Shown one piece after another: positions 1-7,757 of a stretch of 29,889 nucleotides of DNA (positions are counted from its first letter, which is position 1; each line of letters opens with the position of its first letter). A program made the position numbers and the translations under genes. The stretch lies in NCBI GenBank assembly GCA_044345405.1, contig JBIJBE010000042.1, positions 1 through 29,889 on the forward strand. Reading direction: 5' to 3'. Source of the stretch: Bdellovibrionota bacterium (GTDB taxonomy: Bacteria > Bdellovibrionota_C > UBA2361 > OMII01). The notes beneath the pieces were generated by a model, which had not been told where the DNA came from, made no database searches, and was given only the letters and a program-made list of their open reading frames with translations.

Positions 1-410
1 CACCCAACACGGCGGTCAGGAATGACCGCCCTCCGTGATCACGGGTCGCACACGAGAGGGCTACCATTCCTGGTCGCCGGAATGTTGCGCTCCTGAAACA
101 ACCTTCGCCTCACCCAACACGGCGGTCGAGGACGACCGCCCTCCGTGATCACGGGTCGCACCTGGGAGGGCGACCATTCCTGGTCGCCGCAATGTTGCGC
201 TCCTGTAACCGCCTTCGCCTCACGCAACACGGCGGTCAGGAATGACCGCCCTCCCGATCTCGGGTCGCACCACGGGAGGGCGACCATTCCTGGTCGCCGC
301 AATGTTGCGCTCCTGTAACCGCCTTCGCCTCACGCAACACGGCGGTCAGGAATGACCGCCCTCCCGATCTCGGGTCGCACCTGAGCCGGTACAGTCCACG
401 GTCGCCGGAA
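1..410. repeat. 110-bp tandem array of paired inverted REP-like palindromes (BIME-like); units 1-110, 111-220, 221-330 and a partial, degenerate 331-410; probably continues beyond the window start
   Basis: Near-identical units recur every 110 bp. Each has GGCGGTC-AGGAAT-GACCGCC-CTCC and an inverted GGAG-GGCGACC-ATTCCT-GGTCGCC. Confidence 0.9.
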
Positions 411-438
411 TGCGCACGTGCATTTTGGTCGAGGCAAA

Positions 439-705
439 CTACCCCCGCGCCCTCAACACCCCAATCTCAACCAACAGCGCCGCGGCGGCTCTAAACAGTG
501 ACTCCGGTATCGAGGTCCCAACCTCGACATCATCGAGCAGCGCGCACATCTCCGGTTTCTCGACCACCGGGATACCGTATCTCCTCGCTACCTCGACCAT
601 ATGCGCGGCGATATCGAAATCTCCGCGAGCTACTACGGTGGGGGGTGCGCCTTCACCACTCGGAAAACCGAGCGCGAACGCCTGAGCGATATCTTTATGT
701 GTCAT
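439..705 (-). CDS. Stand-alone FlhB/SctU C-terminal (CC) domain protein (EscU/YscU/FlhB substrate-switch family)
   Basis: Re-started at MTHKDIAQAFAL. The sequence APPTVVARG...AAHMVEVARRYGIPVVEKP...VEVGTSIPESLFRAAAALL matches the FlhB-CC pattern APxVVAKG...IA...IP..E...IP..LY.AVA. Confidence 0.85.
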   Translation of the reverse strand: MTHKDIAQAFALGFPSGEGAPPTVVARGDFDIAAHMVEVARRYGIPVVEKPEMCALLDDVEVGTSIPESLFRAAAALLVEIGVLRARG

Positions 706-745
706 ACATTCATCACACAGAGCGCCGCTCCGTGAGTGGCCGCTC

Positions 746-3700
746 TTAACGAGAGGTTGGATTCGCTTTGAGCCTTTGAAGAACGGACTCAACGCTCCAT
801 ACTCCGAGTGGCTTCTCAAGGAAGCCCTCTTGAGGGGAGAGTGGATGAGCGACCGCGTCTCGTGGACCCGCGCTCAAAGCGACGATGCCGATATCGGGAA
901 ATCGCTCCCAGAGTTGCTTACAATCATCGAGGATACCTCTACCCACGACATCGAGATCAACGAACACACAATCCCAGGCGGCCGGGTCACGCTCCAGCAA
1001 CTCACGAGCCTGCGCGATATCGAAAACCGTCTTGGAGCGATAGCCCACTGATTCGAGAAGAGACGCGATAAACGGCTGAGAGCCCGTTTCCAATCCAAGA
1101 AGGAGCACTCCTCCCTTCATCGTACGACGCGGCCCCGCGTGTGGCGCGACCGGCACCACCTTATCCTCTGAAATCTGAAGCGGCAGGTAGATGCTAAAGG
1201 TCGAACCTTCGCCGACCTCTGACGATACCGTGATGAGACCGTTGTGCTGCTTCACGATGGAATACGCGGCGGAGAGTCCCAAACCTGAGCCACTTAGTCC
1301 CACGCCAGTGCCTGGATCCACGTTCTTGGTGGTGTAGAACGGCTCGAAGCACCGGAGCTGCTGCTCGGCGTTCATACCGTGCCCATTATCCTTCACATCA
1401 ACCCGTACATACACCCCGGGTGGAAGCTCAGGATCGACCTCAGCGGATCGCAATCGAACTCGGCTCACTACTATCGAAACCATTCCATCGCTCTTGCCCT
1501 CGATAGCTTCCTTCGCGTTCATGAGAAGGTTTGTGACTACCTGTTGAATCTGGCTTGGATCGAGGACAGCGTCCGGACAATCGGCGCACGGCTTCAAGTT
1601 AAACTCAACCCGCTTACCAAGGAGGCTACGATAGAGCTCTTGAGAATCGGTAATAAGCTTCGTAAGACTCACCCGTTGCCGCGTTCCCTGCCCCTGACTG
1701 GAGAAGTTAATGAGCTGCGACACGAGCGCGGCGCCGCGTTTAGCGGCATCGGTAATCATGCGAGCCGAATCGAGCGCGGGAGCTCCCTTGGGCAACTGCA
1801 TCTCAAGGAGGGCGACCTGTCCTAAGATCGCTTGCAACATGTTGTTGAAATTGTGCGCGACACCAGACGCGAGGAGACCCGCCATCCGCATCTTGAGCCC
1901 CTCGGCCATACGAGACTCAAAACGACGGGCCATTAAAACTTGCGCCATCTCATTTGCCATACTCGAGAGGAGGTGAAGACGAGCGTCCTTCGTCACAAGA
2001 TGCGGAATCGCCGGCTCTACAACCAGCACACCGATCACCTGTCCGAGCGAGACGAGCGGCACGATCACAAAGGTCTCAAGTTTTAACAGGGTGATGATCC
2101 GTTGAAGCCCGGAGCACTCCATCGTAGCGCCCGCTGGCACAACGACGGGACGTTGGGTCTTAATCGCCTCGTCAAGGAAGTCATGCTGGAGGCTTAATTC
2201 GATCTGCACCTCTTGAAGCTTTCGACGAACTCCCGTTCCGAATCCCGCTTTTCCAACGATGTGTGTTCCCTGTTCATTGGTAACACCAAACCATCCTCTG
2301 CGAAGGGTGAACTCCTGTTGCAGGATTGGGAAGGCATGCTCCGCGATCTCTCGTGGGGTTCGATATTTTCCGAGCTCATGACTGATACGGTAGAGCGCGC
2401 TCAACGTGTGACTCTGCTGGCGCTGCGCGTCAAAGAGATAGGTCTGCCGAACCGCGAGCGCTATCTGAGTTGCGGCGGCGGATACGAGCTCAAAATCGTT
2501 AGTCGTATAGGAATCACGCTCACGGGTGAAGAGAACAAGGATGCCATACACCTCATCATCAGCCATGAGAGGCATAAGGATCGCTGATTTTAAGCTCTCA
2601 ATCTTGGCGACCTTGGTATGAGCGCGAGGATGCTCTTGAATGTTTCCGAGCATCACTCCTTTCTTAGACGCGATGGTCTCTCGCAGCAGACTCGGCCCCT
2701 TCAAGACCCCATCCATATTCTCGATGTAGTTCTCAGAAAGTCCGTGAACCGCCACGAGCTCAGCCTCGTCCGTTTCGCGGTGATAGAAACATCCGTATCC
2801 ACTCGCGGAGCCCGTAGCTTTGAGAAGCGCGCGTAAGCCCCGCAGAACGACGAGCGCGGGGTCGGTCTGCCCCTGCAACGCTCGCGCGACCTCAAAGAGA
2901 GCCTCCACTCGAGCGTTCTGCGTCGTGAGAGCGTCCTGCACCCCACGTCGATCGGTAATGTCGATACCGAATCCCTCCCAACCAAGGAATCCTCCGTTGG
3001 TCGAGAACTGCGGCACCGCCCGCAACATGACCCATCGAACCTCACCAGTTTTCTGGTGAACCGCTCGAACCTCCTCACGGAGCTCACTGCGCTCAAGACG
3101 GAGACGCAAGATCCGTCGATGCAACGCGGCCTGGTCGCGGGGATCGATGATCCGCTCCCAGATTCGACTATTGTTCTTCATCTCAGCGGCGGTGATTCCA
3201 AGCATCGACTCCGCGTCGCCGAACACCTCGGTGATACCGAATTGCGCGTCCGTGATGATAATGAGAACATTTCCGTACTGCGCCATTCGCGAGTACTGAT
3301 TTCGAGACTCCTCGCTCGTGACGTGGCTTCGACTACCGGTCGCGGGAACACCAGCGGCGTCCACATTTGAGAGCGCGTGAGAGAGATCCTCGAACGCGAC
3401 GATCTCCTCCGGATGCCACCTGTGGTACGATCTCGTGAAGTAACACTCAACAATACCGAGAAGACGCCCCTGATCCATGAGTGGGAAGGCGCCATACGAT
3501 CGTACTTTGCGAACCGCCAGCTCAAGGGCAAGATCGTTTGGAACTCGCGCGCGCTGAAGGTCTTTGACAACGAAGGGAAGTGACCACGGCTGTCCTCGAA
3601 ACGCGGCCGCCCCGTTACGCACCTCGAAAATCGGGCTTTCGGCAAGCGCTTCGCCACCCTGCGAGAAGTGTCCCGTATGAAGACGTTCGGTGCGCCCGAT

Positions 3701-3838
3701 CGTAACGAGTACCTCGTCACAACTGAGCTGTCGTCCGATCGAATCCGCAAGCTGCGTCGCGAGATCGGACATCGACGAGTACGAGCTGCTCTCAAATCGC
3801 AGCCTCTTACCTCGAACATCTCCTACTTCAGACGCCAT
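746..3838 (-). CDS. Cytoplasmic hybrid sensor histidine kinase (GAF-PAS-GAF-GAF-HisKA-HATPase-REC)
   Basis: H-box LLASGVAHNFNNML, N-box QQVVTNLLMNAKEA, G1 DVKDNGHGM, F/G2 FEPFYTTK...GSGLGLS. PAS/PAC segment VRWVMLRAVPQF...GFGIDIT, GAF-like segments, and a C-terminal receiver ending FLEKP. No obvious transmembrane helix. Confidence 0.92.
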   Translation of the reverse strand: MASEVGDVRGKRLRFESSSYSSMSDLATQLADSIGRQLSCDEVLVTIGRTERLHTGHFSQGGEALAESPIFEVRNGAAAFRGQPWSLPFVVKDLQRARVPNDLALELAVRKVRSYGAFPLMDQGRLLGIVECYFTRSYHRWHPEEIVAFEDLSHALSNVDAAGVPATGSRSHVTSEESRNQYSRMAQYGNVLIIITDAQFGITEVFGDAESMLGITAAEMKNNSRIWERIIDPRDQAALHRRILRLRLERSELREEVRAVHQKTGEVRWVMLRAVPQFSTNGGFLGWEGFGIDITDRRGVQDALTTQNARVEALFEVARALQGQTDPALVVLRGLRALLKATGSASGYGCFYHRETDEAELVAVHGLSENYIENMDGVLKGPSLLRETIASKKGVMLGNIQEHPRAHTKVAKIESLKSAILMPLMADDEVYGILVLFTRERDSYTTNDFELVSAAATQIALAVRQTYLFDAQRQQSHTLSALYRISHELGKYRTPREIAEHAFPILQQEFTLRRGWFGVTNEQGTHIVGKAGFGTGVRRKLQEVQIELSLQHDFLDEAIKTQRPVVVPAGATMECSGLQRIITLLKLETFVIVPLVSLGQVIGVLVVEPAIPHLVTKDARLHLLSSMANEMAQVLMARRFESRMAEGLKMRMAGLLASGVAHNFNNMLQAILGQVALLEMQLPKGAPALDSARMITDAAKRGAALVSQLINFSSQGQGTRQRVSLTKLITDSQELYRSLLGKRVEFNLKPCADCPDAVLDPSQIQQVVTNLLMNAKEAIEGKSDGMVSIVVSRVRLRSAEVDPELPPGVYVRVDVKDNGHGMNAEQQLRCFEPFYTTKNVDPGTGVGLSGSGLGLSAAYSIVKQHNGLITVSSEVGEGSTFSIYLPLQISEDKVVPVAPHAGPRRTMKGGVLLLGLETGSQPFIASLLESVGYRSKTVFDIAQARELLERDPAAWDCVFVDLDVVGRGILDDCKQLWERFPDIGIVALSAGPRDAVAHPLSPQEGFLEKPLGVWSVESVLQRLKANPTSR

Positions 3839-3857
3839 CGTTTCCTTACACTACACA

Positions 3858-4655
3858 TCAAAACTTTGGTAACCGCGTGGAGGTTTCCGTTAGTCTTCGT
3901 ATCACGAGGACCTTGGACTTCCTCACCTGTTTCTCTATCTCCGCCATCGCCATCACCTGGTGCTCATGTCGCCGAGCGGCGCGGAGATGAGGGTCCCCCT
4001 CACTCTCTTTGTATTCCTCCTTAACCTCTTCGAAGCTCATCCGGTTTTGCCGAATGAACCGTCGCCACGCCAGGAAGTAGGCGCATCCTCCGAGAACCAC
4101 AAGGGCACCAACACCCCGCGACATCGCGGAGATGAGATATCCACCGACCCCGGACACGATCCACCCACCCGGAGCGCGAAACAGGTGTGCCGCGTTCGAC
4201 AGATAGGACGTGAGGAGTGGGATCATCAACACTACGATCACCACCCCTCGAACCGATCCCAACGCCCCGTCCAACGCGCCTTCGCGCACACGGTTCACGA
4301 GCCCTCTCGGTTGGAGCCTTGAGAGGTCGGGAACGATCTGTTTCGGGGTAACGAGTCCCTTCGTTTGGAGGAGACTCGCGAGAACGCTCGCCACAGCCAC
4401 TGACCCGATACTCAGAAGAAGTAATGCTGCTACGAACAGCGCGGAGTACTTAAGGGTCAGGACGGGACTTAAAACCTTGAATTTAAACCATTGTATCAAG
4501 GTTCCGATCCTCACCCAAGGACGAGATACGAGGAAAAAAAGAAAGAGTCCAAGCCAACCCGCCGCAACCGTAACCATCCGACTTTTCACGGTTTTACCGT
4601 CGCGTCGAGCCTTCAGAAGCCTCGAAACCGAGGGAGGGAAGCGTTTTTCACTCAC
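3858..4655 (-). CDS. sctU: SctU/FlhB-family export switch protein, N-terminal membrane part plus CN linker only (no NPTH motif, no CC domain)
   Basis: GTG start at 4655 gives SEKRFPPSVSRLLKARRDGKTVKS (EKTExPT..L..AR..G motif), about four hydrophobic segments, then RMSFEEVKEEYKESEGDPHLRAARR. The protein ends shortly after KVLVI. Confidence 0.85.
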   Translation of the reverse strand: MSEKRFPPSVSRLLKARRDGKTVKSRMVTVAAGWLGLFLFFLVSRPWVRIGTLIQWFKFKVLSPVLTLKYSALFVAALLLLSIGSVAVASVLASLLQTKGLVTPKQIVPDLSRLQPRGLVNRVREGALDGALGSVRGVVIVVLMIPLLTSYLSNAAHLFRAPGGWIVSGVGGYLISAMSRGVGALVVLGGCAYFLAWRRFIRQNRMSFEEVKEEYKESEGDPHLRAARRHEHQVMAMAEIEKQVRKSKVLVIRRLTETSTRLPKF

Positions 4656-5439
4656 GTTCCCCCTCCCAAAGCCCCGGGTGCGCCTCAAATCCGGCCTGCT
4701 CGCCCCCAACACCAACCAACCACTCCCACGGCGCCACCACACGCGAGAACGCGTCCCGTGAGCAGGGAAGCCCATCGGTGAGCAATGCAACAAGAAGAAG
4801 GAAGAGCGCAAGCATCTTGAGGAGCGCCGCGGTTTGAGTGAAGGCGAGCCCACTCACAACACGAGAGAGGAATGCGCACACGATATCGATCAGGAGAAAC
4901 GCCCCAACCCAGACCGCGCAGAGACGCATCCCCTCCCCAAGTAGAAAGGCTCCACTTCTCGCCACTCCGAACAGAAACGAAGCATCGTGCACTGGCGAGC
5001 CAATGGGAATTGCCACGAAACTTCGAGCGAGCGCGCTCACGACGACCTCTAATCCACCGCACATCAGCGCCACGACCACACTGGCGCTCTTCGCCAACAC
5101 CGCCATGTCGGAGCTGCCGTGTCCCTGTAAGGGATCGAGCACAGCGGCGATCATCTGTCCCCGCGCCGTATCGATCAGTTCACCGACCATCTCGCTGATA
5201 TCGGCGACAAACCTCAGTGGCGCGCCGAGCACGAATCCGATTACAAACTCAGTTACGAGGGAAAGGGGAGAAATATCCTCAACGAGAGATCCCCTCGGAG
5301 CGAGAACGAAGCTAAGCCCTACCGCGATAAGAAACCGCGGCAGCGTGGAGAGCGCATCACCAAACGGCAGTGACACAAGACATCCGAAACACCGTAACGC
5401 GACCGCCGCGCACGCGAGGTCACACGGAGAAGCTATCAC
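4648..5439 (-). CDS. sctT: Type III export gate subunit SctT (FliR homolog)
   Basis: Highly hydrophobic. Motifs EFVIGFVLG, GELIDTARGQ..A.VLDP and LLIDIVCAFLSRV. Located between the sctS-like and sctU-like genes with overlapping stop/start codons. Confidence 0.85.
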   Translation of the reverse strand: MIASPCDLACAAVALRCFGCLVSLPFGDALSTLPRFLIAVGLSFVLAPRGSLVEDISPLSLVTEFVIGFVLGAPLRFVADISEMVGELIDTARGQMIAAVLDPLQGHGSSDMAVLAKSASVVVALMCGGLEVVVSALARSFVAIPIGSPVHDASFLFGVARSGAFLLGEGMRLCAVWVGAFLLIDIVCAFLSRVVSGLAFTQTAALLKMLALFLLLVALLTDGLPCSRDAFSRVVAPWEWLVGVGGEQAGFEAHPGLWEGERE

Positions 5440-5699
5440 AGCCCCCTCCGCCCGATCGTTTCAATCGAACGAAGCGATCGCTCAAACAGCTCACACACGG
5501 CGTCCCCCGCCCAACTTCCCGCGACGATCACAAGCGCTATAAAGGTCACGAGCCGAACGAGATGGGCGACGCTCTGCTCCTGAATCTGCGTCACCGCTTG
5601 AAGCATCGCCACGCACCCAGCGGCAAAAGCGATCGCAGCCATCGGAATCCCCGAGAGGTAGATAACGATCATGAGGCTATCAAGAACGAGAGTGTGCAT
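5436..5699 (-). CDS. sctS: Type III export gate subunit SctS (FliQ homolog)
   Basis: 87 aa with two hydrophobic segments and the signature LQAVTQIQEQS. Confidence 0.9.
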   Translation of the reverse strand: MHTLVLDSLMIVIYLSGIPMAAIAFAAGCVAMLQAVTQIQEQSVAHLVRLVTFIALVIVAGSWAGDAVCELFERSLRSIETIGRRGL

Positions 5700-5706
5700 A
5701 CACGCC

Positions 5707-6357
5707 TTACCGATAGGAGGTAATGAGACCCTTGGCTAACAAGAGCCACCCATCCGTTGAGACGAAGAGAAGGATCTTCAGCGGCAGGGAGACCGTGTTC
5801 GGACTCATCATCGTAAGCCCGAGCGCGACGAGAAGATTCCCCACGATAAGATCGATAGCGAAGAACGGGATGAGAAGGATGAACGCTATGAGAAACCCCT
5901 TCTTTATCTCGGAGAGAACGAACGCCGCCATCGCCGTCGAAAGGGAGATTTTTTCATCTACCGGCGTCCCCTGGTCATTGGTGGCGAGACGTTGAAAGGT
6001 CTTCACCTCTCGCTCTCCCGCGTGCGCAAGGAGAAATTCCCGCCACGGCGCTACGACCTTCTCACCGCGCTTGAGCACTTCCGCGAACGCTCCCTCTCGG
6101 ACATCCGAGATCGTGACCTGATTGAAAGCTGCAAGCGTTTGGTGGATCACCGGTTGCATAACCGAGAGTGACATCACCATAGAGAGCGCCATCACCAACG
6201 AGGAGCTTGGGGCTTGCTGCGTACCGAATCCGCTCCGCAAGAGACTCAACACGATTGAGAACTTGAGGTAACAGGTGCCAAGCGCGATGAGGATCGGTAC
6301 CAATCCGATGGCGAGCGAAACGAGGAGAAGGGTTTCAGGCGATAACGTTTTCATCAT
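5707..6357 (-). CDS. sctR: Type III export gate subunit SctR (FliP homolog)
   Basis: Start MMKTLSPE (6357 or 6354) after GGGAGGAGG. Motifs GTCYLKFSIVLSLLRSGFGTQQAP, AFVLSEIKKGF, IPFFAIDLIV and MMSPNTVSLPLKILLFVSTDGW. No N-terminal signal peptide. Confidence 0.92.
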   Translation of the reverse strand: MMKTLSPETLLLVSLAIGLVPILIALGTCYLKFSIVLSLLRSGFGTQQAPSSSLVMALSMVMSLSVMQPVIHQTLAAFNQVTISDVREGAFAEVLKRGEKVVAPWREFLLAHAGEREVKTFQRLATNDQGTPVDEKISLSTAMAAFVLSEIKKGFLIAFILLIPFFAIDLIVGNLLVALGLTMMSPNTVSLPLKILLFVSTDGWLLLAKGLITSYR

Positions 6358-7282
6358 CCTCCTCCCTTGGTTGTCGAGCTCTGCGAAGGAATCCAGAGAG
6401 CGCACCTCGCATGGCCAGATCTCGACGAACCTCGAAGCCACCGATCGTGATCCCACTCTCTGACAGGCGCCTCATAATCCCGTATCTCTCCCCCTCGAGC
6501 GTACGAACAAGGGACGGACTCGCGGCCTCCATCACGATCCCAACTCGACCCGGCGCGGATGTTTCAAGCCGACAGGCGATCGGCGCTCCCCCGCTCTCCA
6601 TCCGCATCAGCAACGCCGCTCCATTTTTTCCCTCCTCACTCTCAACACCCTGCAGCGAAACCGCGATCGTCTCAGGGCGATACCTGTGCGCCTCAACCGC
6701 GTCATGTGAGCGCGTCTCAGCGCAGTGCGAGGTCACATACACGGGAGAAACGACGGGGGGATAACCATCCCGACTCGGCATCTCTCTCCGACTCCTTTCA
6801 TCACGCACCGAATCGTGGGGCGCCCGCTCAGCTCGGCGACCAGTCAACGACACGCGGCGAGCGAGAGACACCTCCAGAGCCTCCTCCCCGAGTCGCTCGG
6901 CGCTCTTGTGGGCGCGAATCGCGCGCTCCTTCGCGCGTGCCCTCTCAAAGGCAGACAGGACGCACTTCGCTTTCATGACCCGGGCGATCTGATGCTGAAC
7001 CTCTCCGGCGACCTTTCGGTGTTCTCCCGTGGCCTTTGAGAGGTCGTGGTGCGCCTGCAGAGCGCGACTCAACGCCACGGAGTGCGCTCCCCCTCGTGTC
7101 ACCTTGCCAGCCGTCACCTTTGACGCGTGCGCAATCGCGCGCCAAAAGCGTTCCTCCCGTTCACGCACCTTTTCGCGAGCGTGCCCATCTCTGGCTCTCG
7201 CCTGTCCAAGCGATACCACCTCCCGCTGGTACTCCCCCGCCACCTGCGCGCTCTTCGCCTGTACTAGAGCTCCTCGAATCAT
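6335..7282 (-). CDS. Putative SctO/FliJ-like coiled coil fused to an SctP/FliK-like C-terminal (ruler/T3S4) domain
   Basis: Start MIRGALVQ after GAGGAG. The N-half is a charged coiled coil ending AFERARAKERA...ERLGEEALE. The C-terminus IACRLET...VGIVMEAASPSLVRTLEGERYGIMRRLSESGITI resembles FliK-C. Position immediately upstream of sctR supports this. Confidence 0.5.
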   Translation of the reverse strand: MIRGALVQAKSAQVAGEYQREVVSLGQARARDGHAREKVREREERFWRAIAHASKVTAGKVTRGGAHSVALSRALQAHHDLSKATGEHRKVAGEVQHQIARVMKAKCVLSAFERARAKERAIRAHKSAERLGEEALEVSLARRVSLTGRRAERAPHDSVRDERSRREMPSRDGYPPVVSPVYVTSHCAETRSHDAVEAHRYRPETIAVSLQGVESEEGKNGAALLMRMESGGAPIACRLETSAPGRVGIVMEAASPSLVRTLEGERYGIMRRLSESGITIGGFEVRRDLAMRGALSGFLRRARQPREEDDENVIA

Positions 7283-7289
7283 CGGCTCC

Positions 7290-7586
7290 TCACTGCGGCT
7301 GCTGTAATTTGCGAAGTGAGGCGACACCGCTCTCCGCGATCTTCGAGACAACCTCAACACGGAGTTGATACCGGGTAACATCCATCTGAAGGCGGAGTAG
7401 CTCGGTCAGCTGACGGGCGCTCTCTGGAGCCGTTGGGGGCTTGGATGTGGAGGACGAGATATATGTCGAAACTCGCTTCACGATCTCCTGCCAACCTCCG
7501 GCATGGGAATCGTTAGTCGGGGCGACCACCTCGGCGATCTGAGCGCTTGAGCCCACCGAAGCGGGTTGGTGTAGTGTCGTTCTCAT
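7290..7586 (-). CDS. SctI/PrgJ/HrpB2-like inner-rod (or needle-family) protein
   Basis: Start MRTTLHQ after AAGGGAG. C-terminal helix ELLRLQMDVTRYQLRVEVVSKIAESGVASLRKLQQPQ fits the inner-rod pattern LL.LQ....Y....EL.SK......V..L...Q. Confidence 0.6.
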   Translation of the reverse strand: MRTTLHQPASVGSSAQIAEVVAPTNDSHAGGWQEIVKRVSTYISSSTSKPPTAPESARQLTELLRLQMDVTRYQLRVEVVSKIAESGVASLRKLQQPQ

Positions 7587-7610
7587 GGATACTCCCTTAC
7601 AAACGTCCAT

Positions 7611-7637
7611 GTATCGGAAGCACCGGGCCAGAGTTGT
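7611..7637 (-). promoter_or_regulatory. Possible sigma-28 (FliA)-type promoter for the export-gate cluster
   Basis: Minus strand reads ACAAC-N14-TCCGATAC, about 25 nt upstream of the 7586 start. The -10 is good and the -35 only partial. Confidence 0.4.
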
Positions 7638-7757
7638 GTGATGGAGCACCGACTGAGAAGAAATCTCTCTTTTCCTGGGCCCGACTTCTCAGTAGTCTAG
7701 GGGAGCGGTGCGCTTTAACCGCCCCTATTTACACAGAATTTCCATCCGGATATCGCG

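Noticed and set aside
1-410. CRISPR array, or the 87-aa ORF at 39-302
   Set aside because: Whole 110-bp units repeat with no unique spacers and no cas genes are present. The ORF is just translated repeat.
3839-3900. Frameshift hiding an NPTH-containing continuation of sctU
   Set aside because: No NPTH-like sequence is visible in the other frames, and the kinase starts 19 bp after the stop. The CC domain is found intact 3 kb downstream.
3858-6357. Plain flagellar fliP-fliQ-fliR-flhB annotation
   Set aside because: Not excluded, but disfavoured: SctR/SctT-type residues, no FliP signal peptide, an inner-rod-like first gene and no fliO, flhA or other flagellar neighbours.
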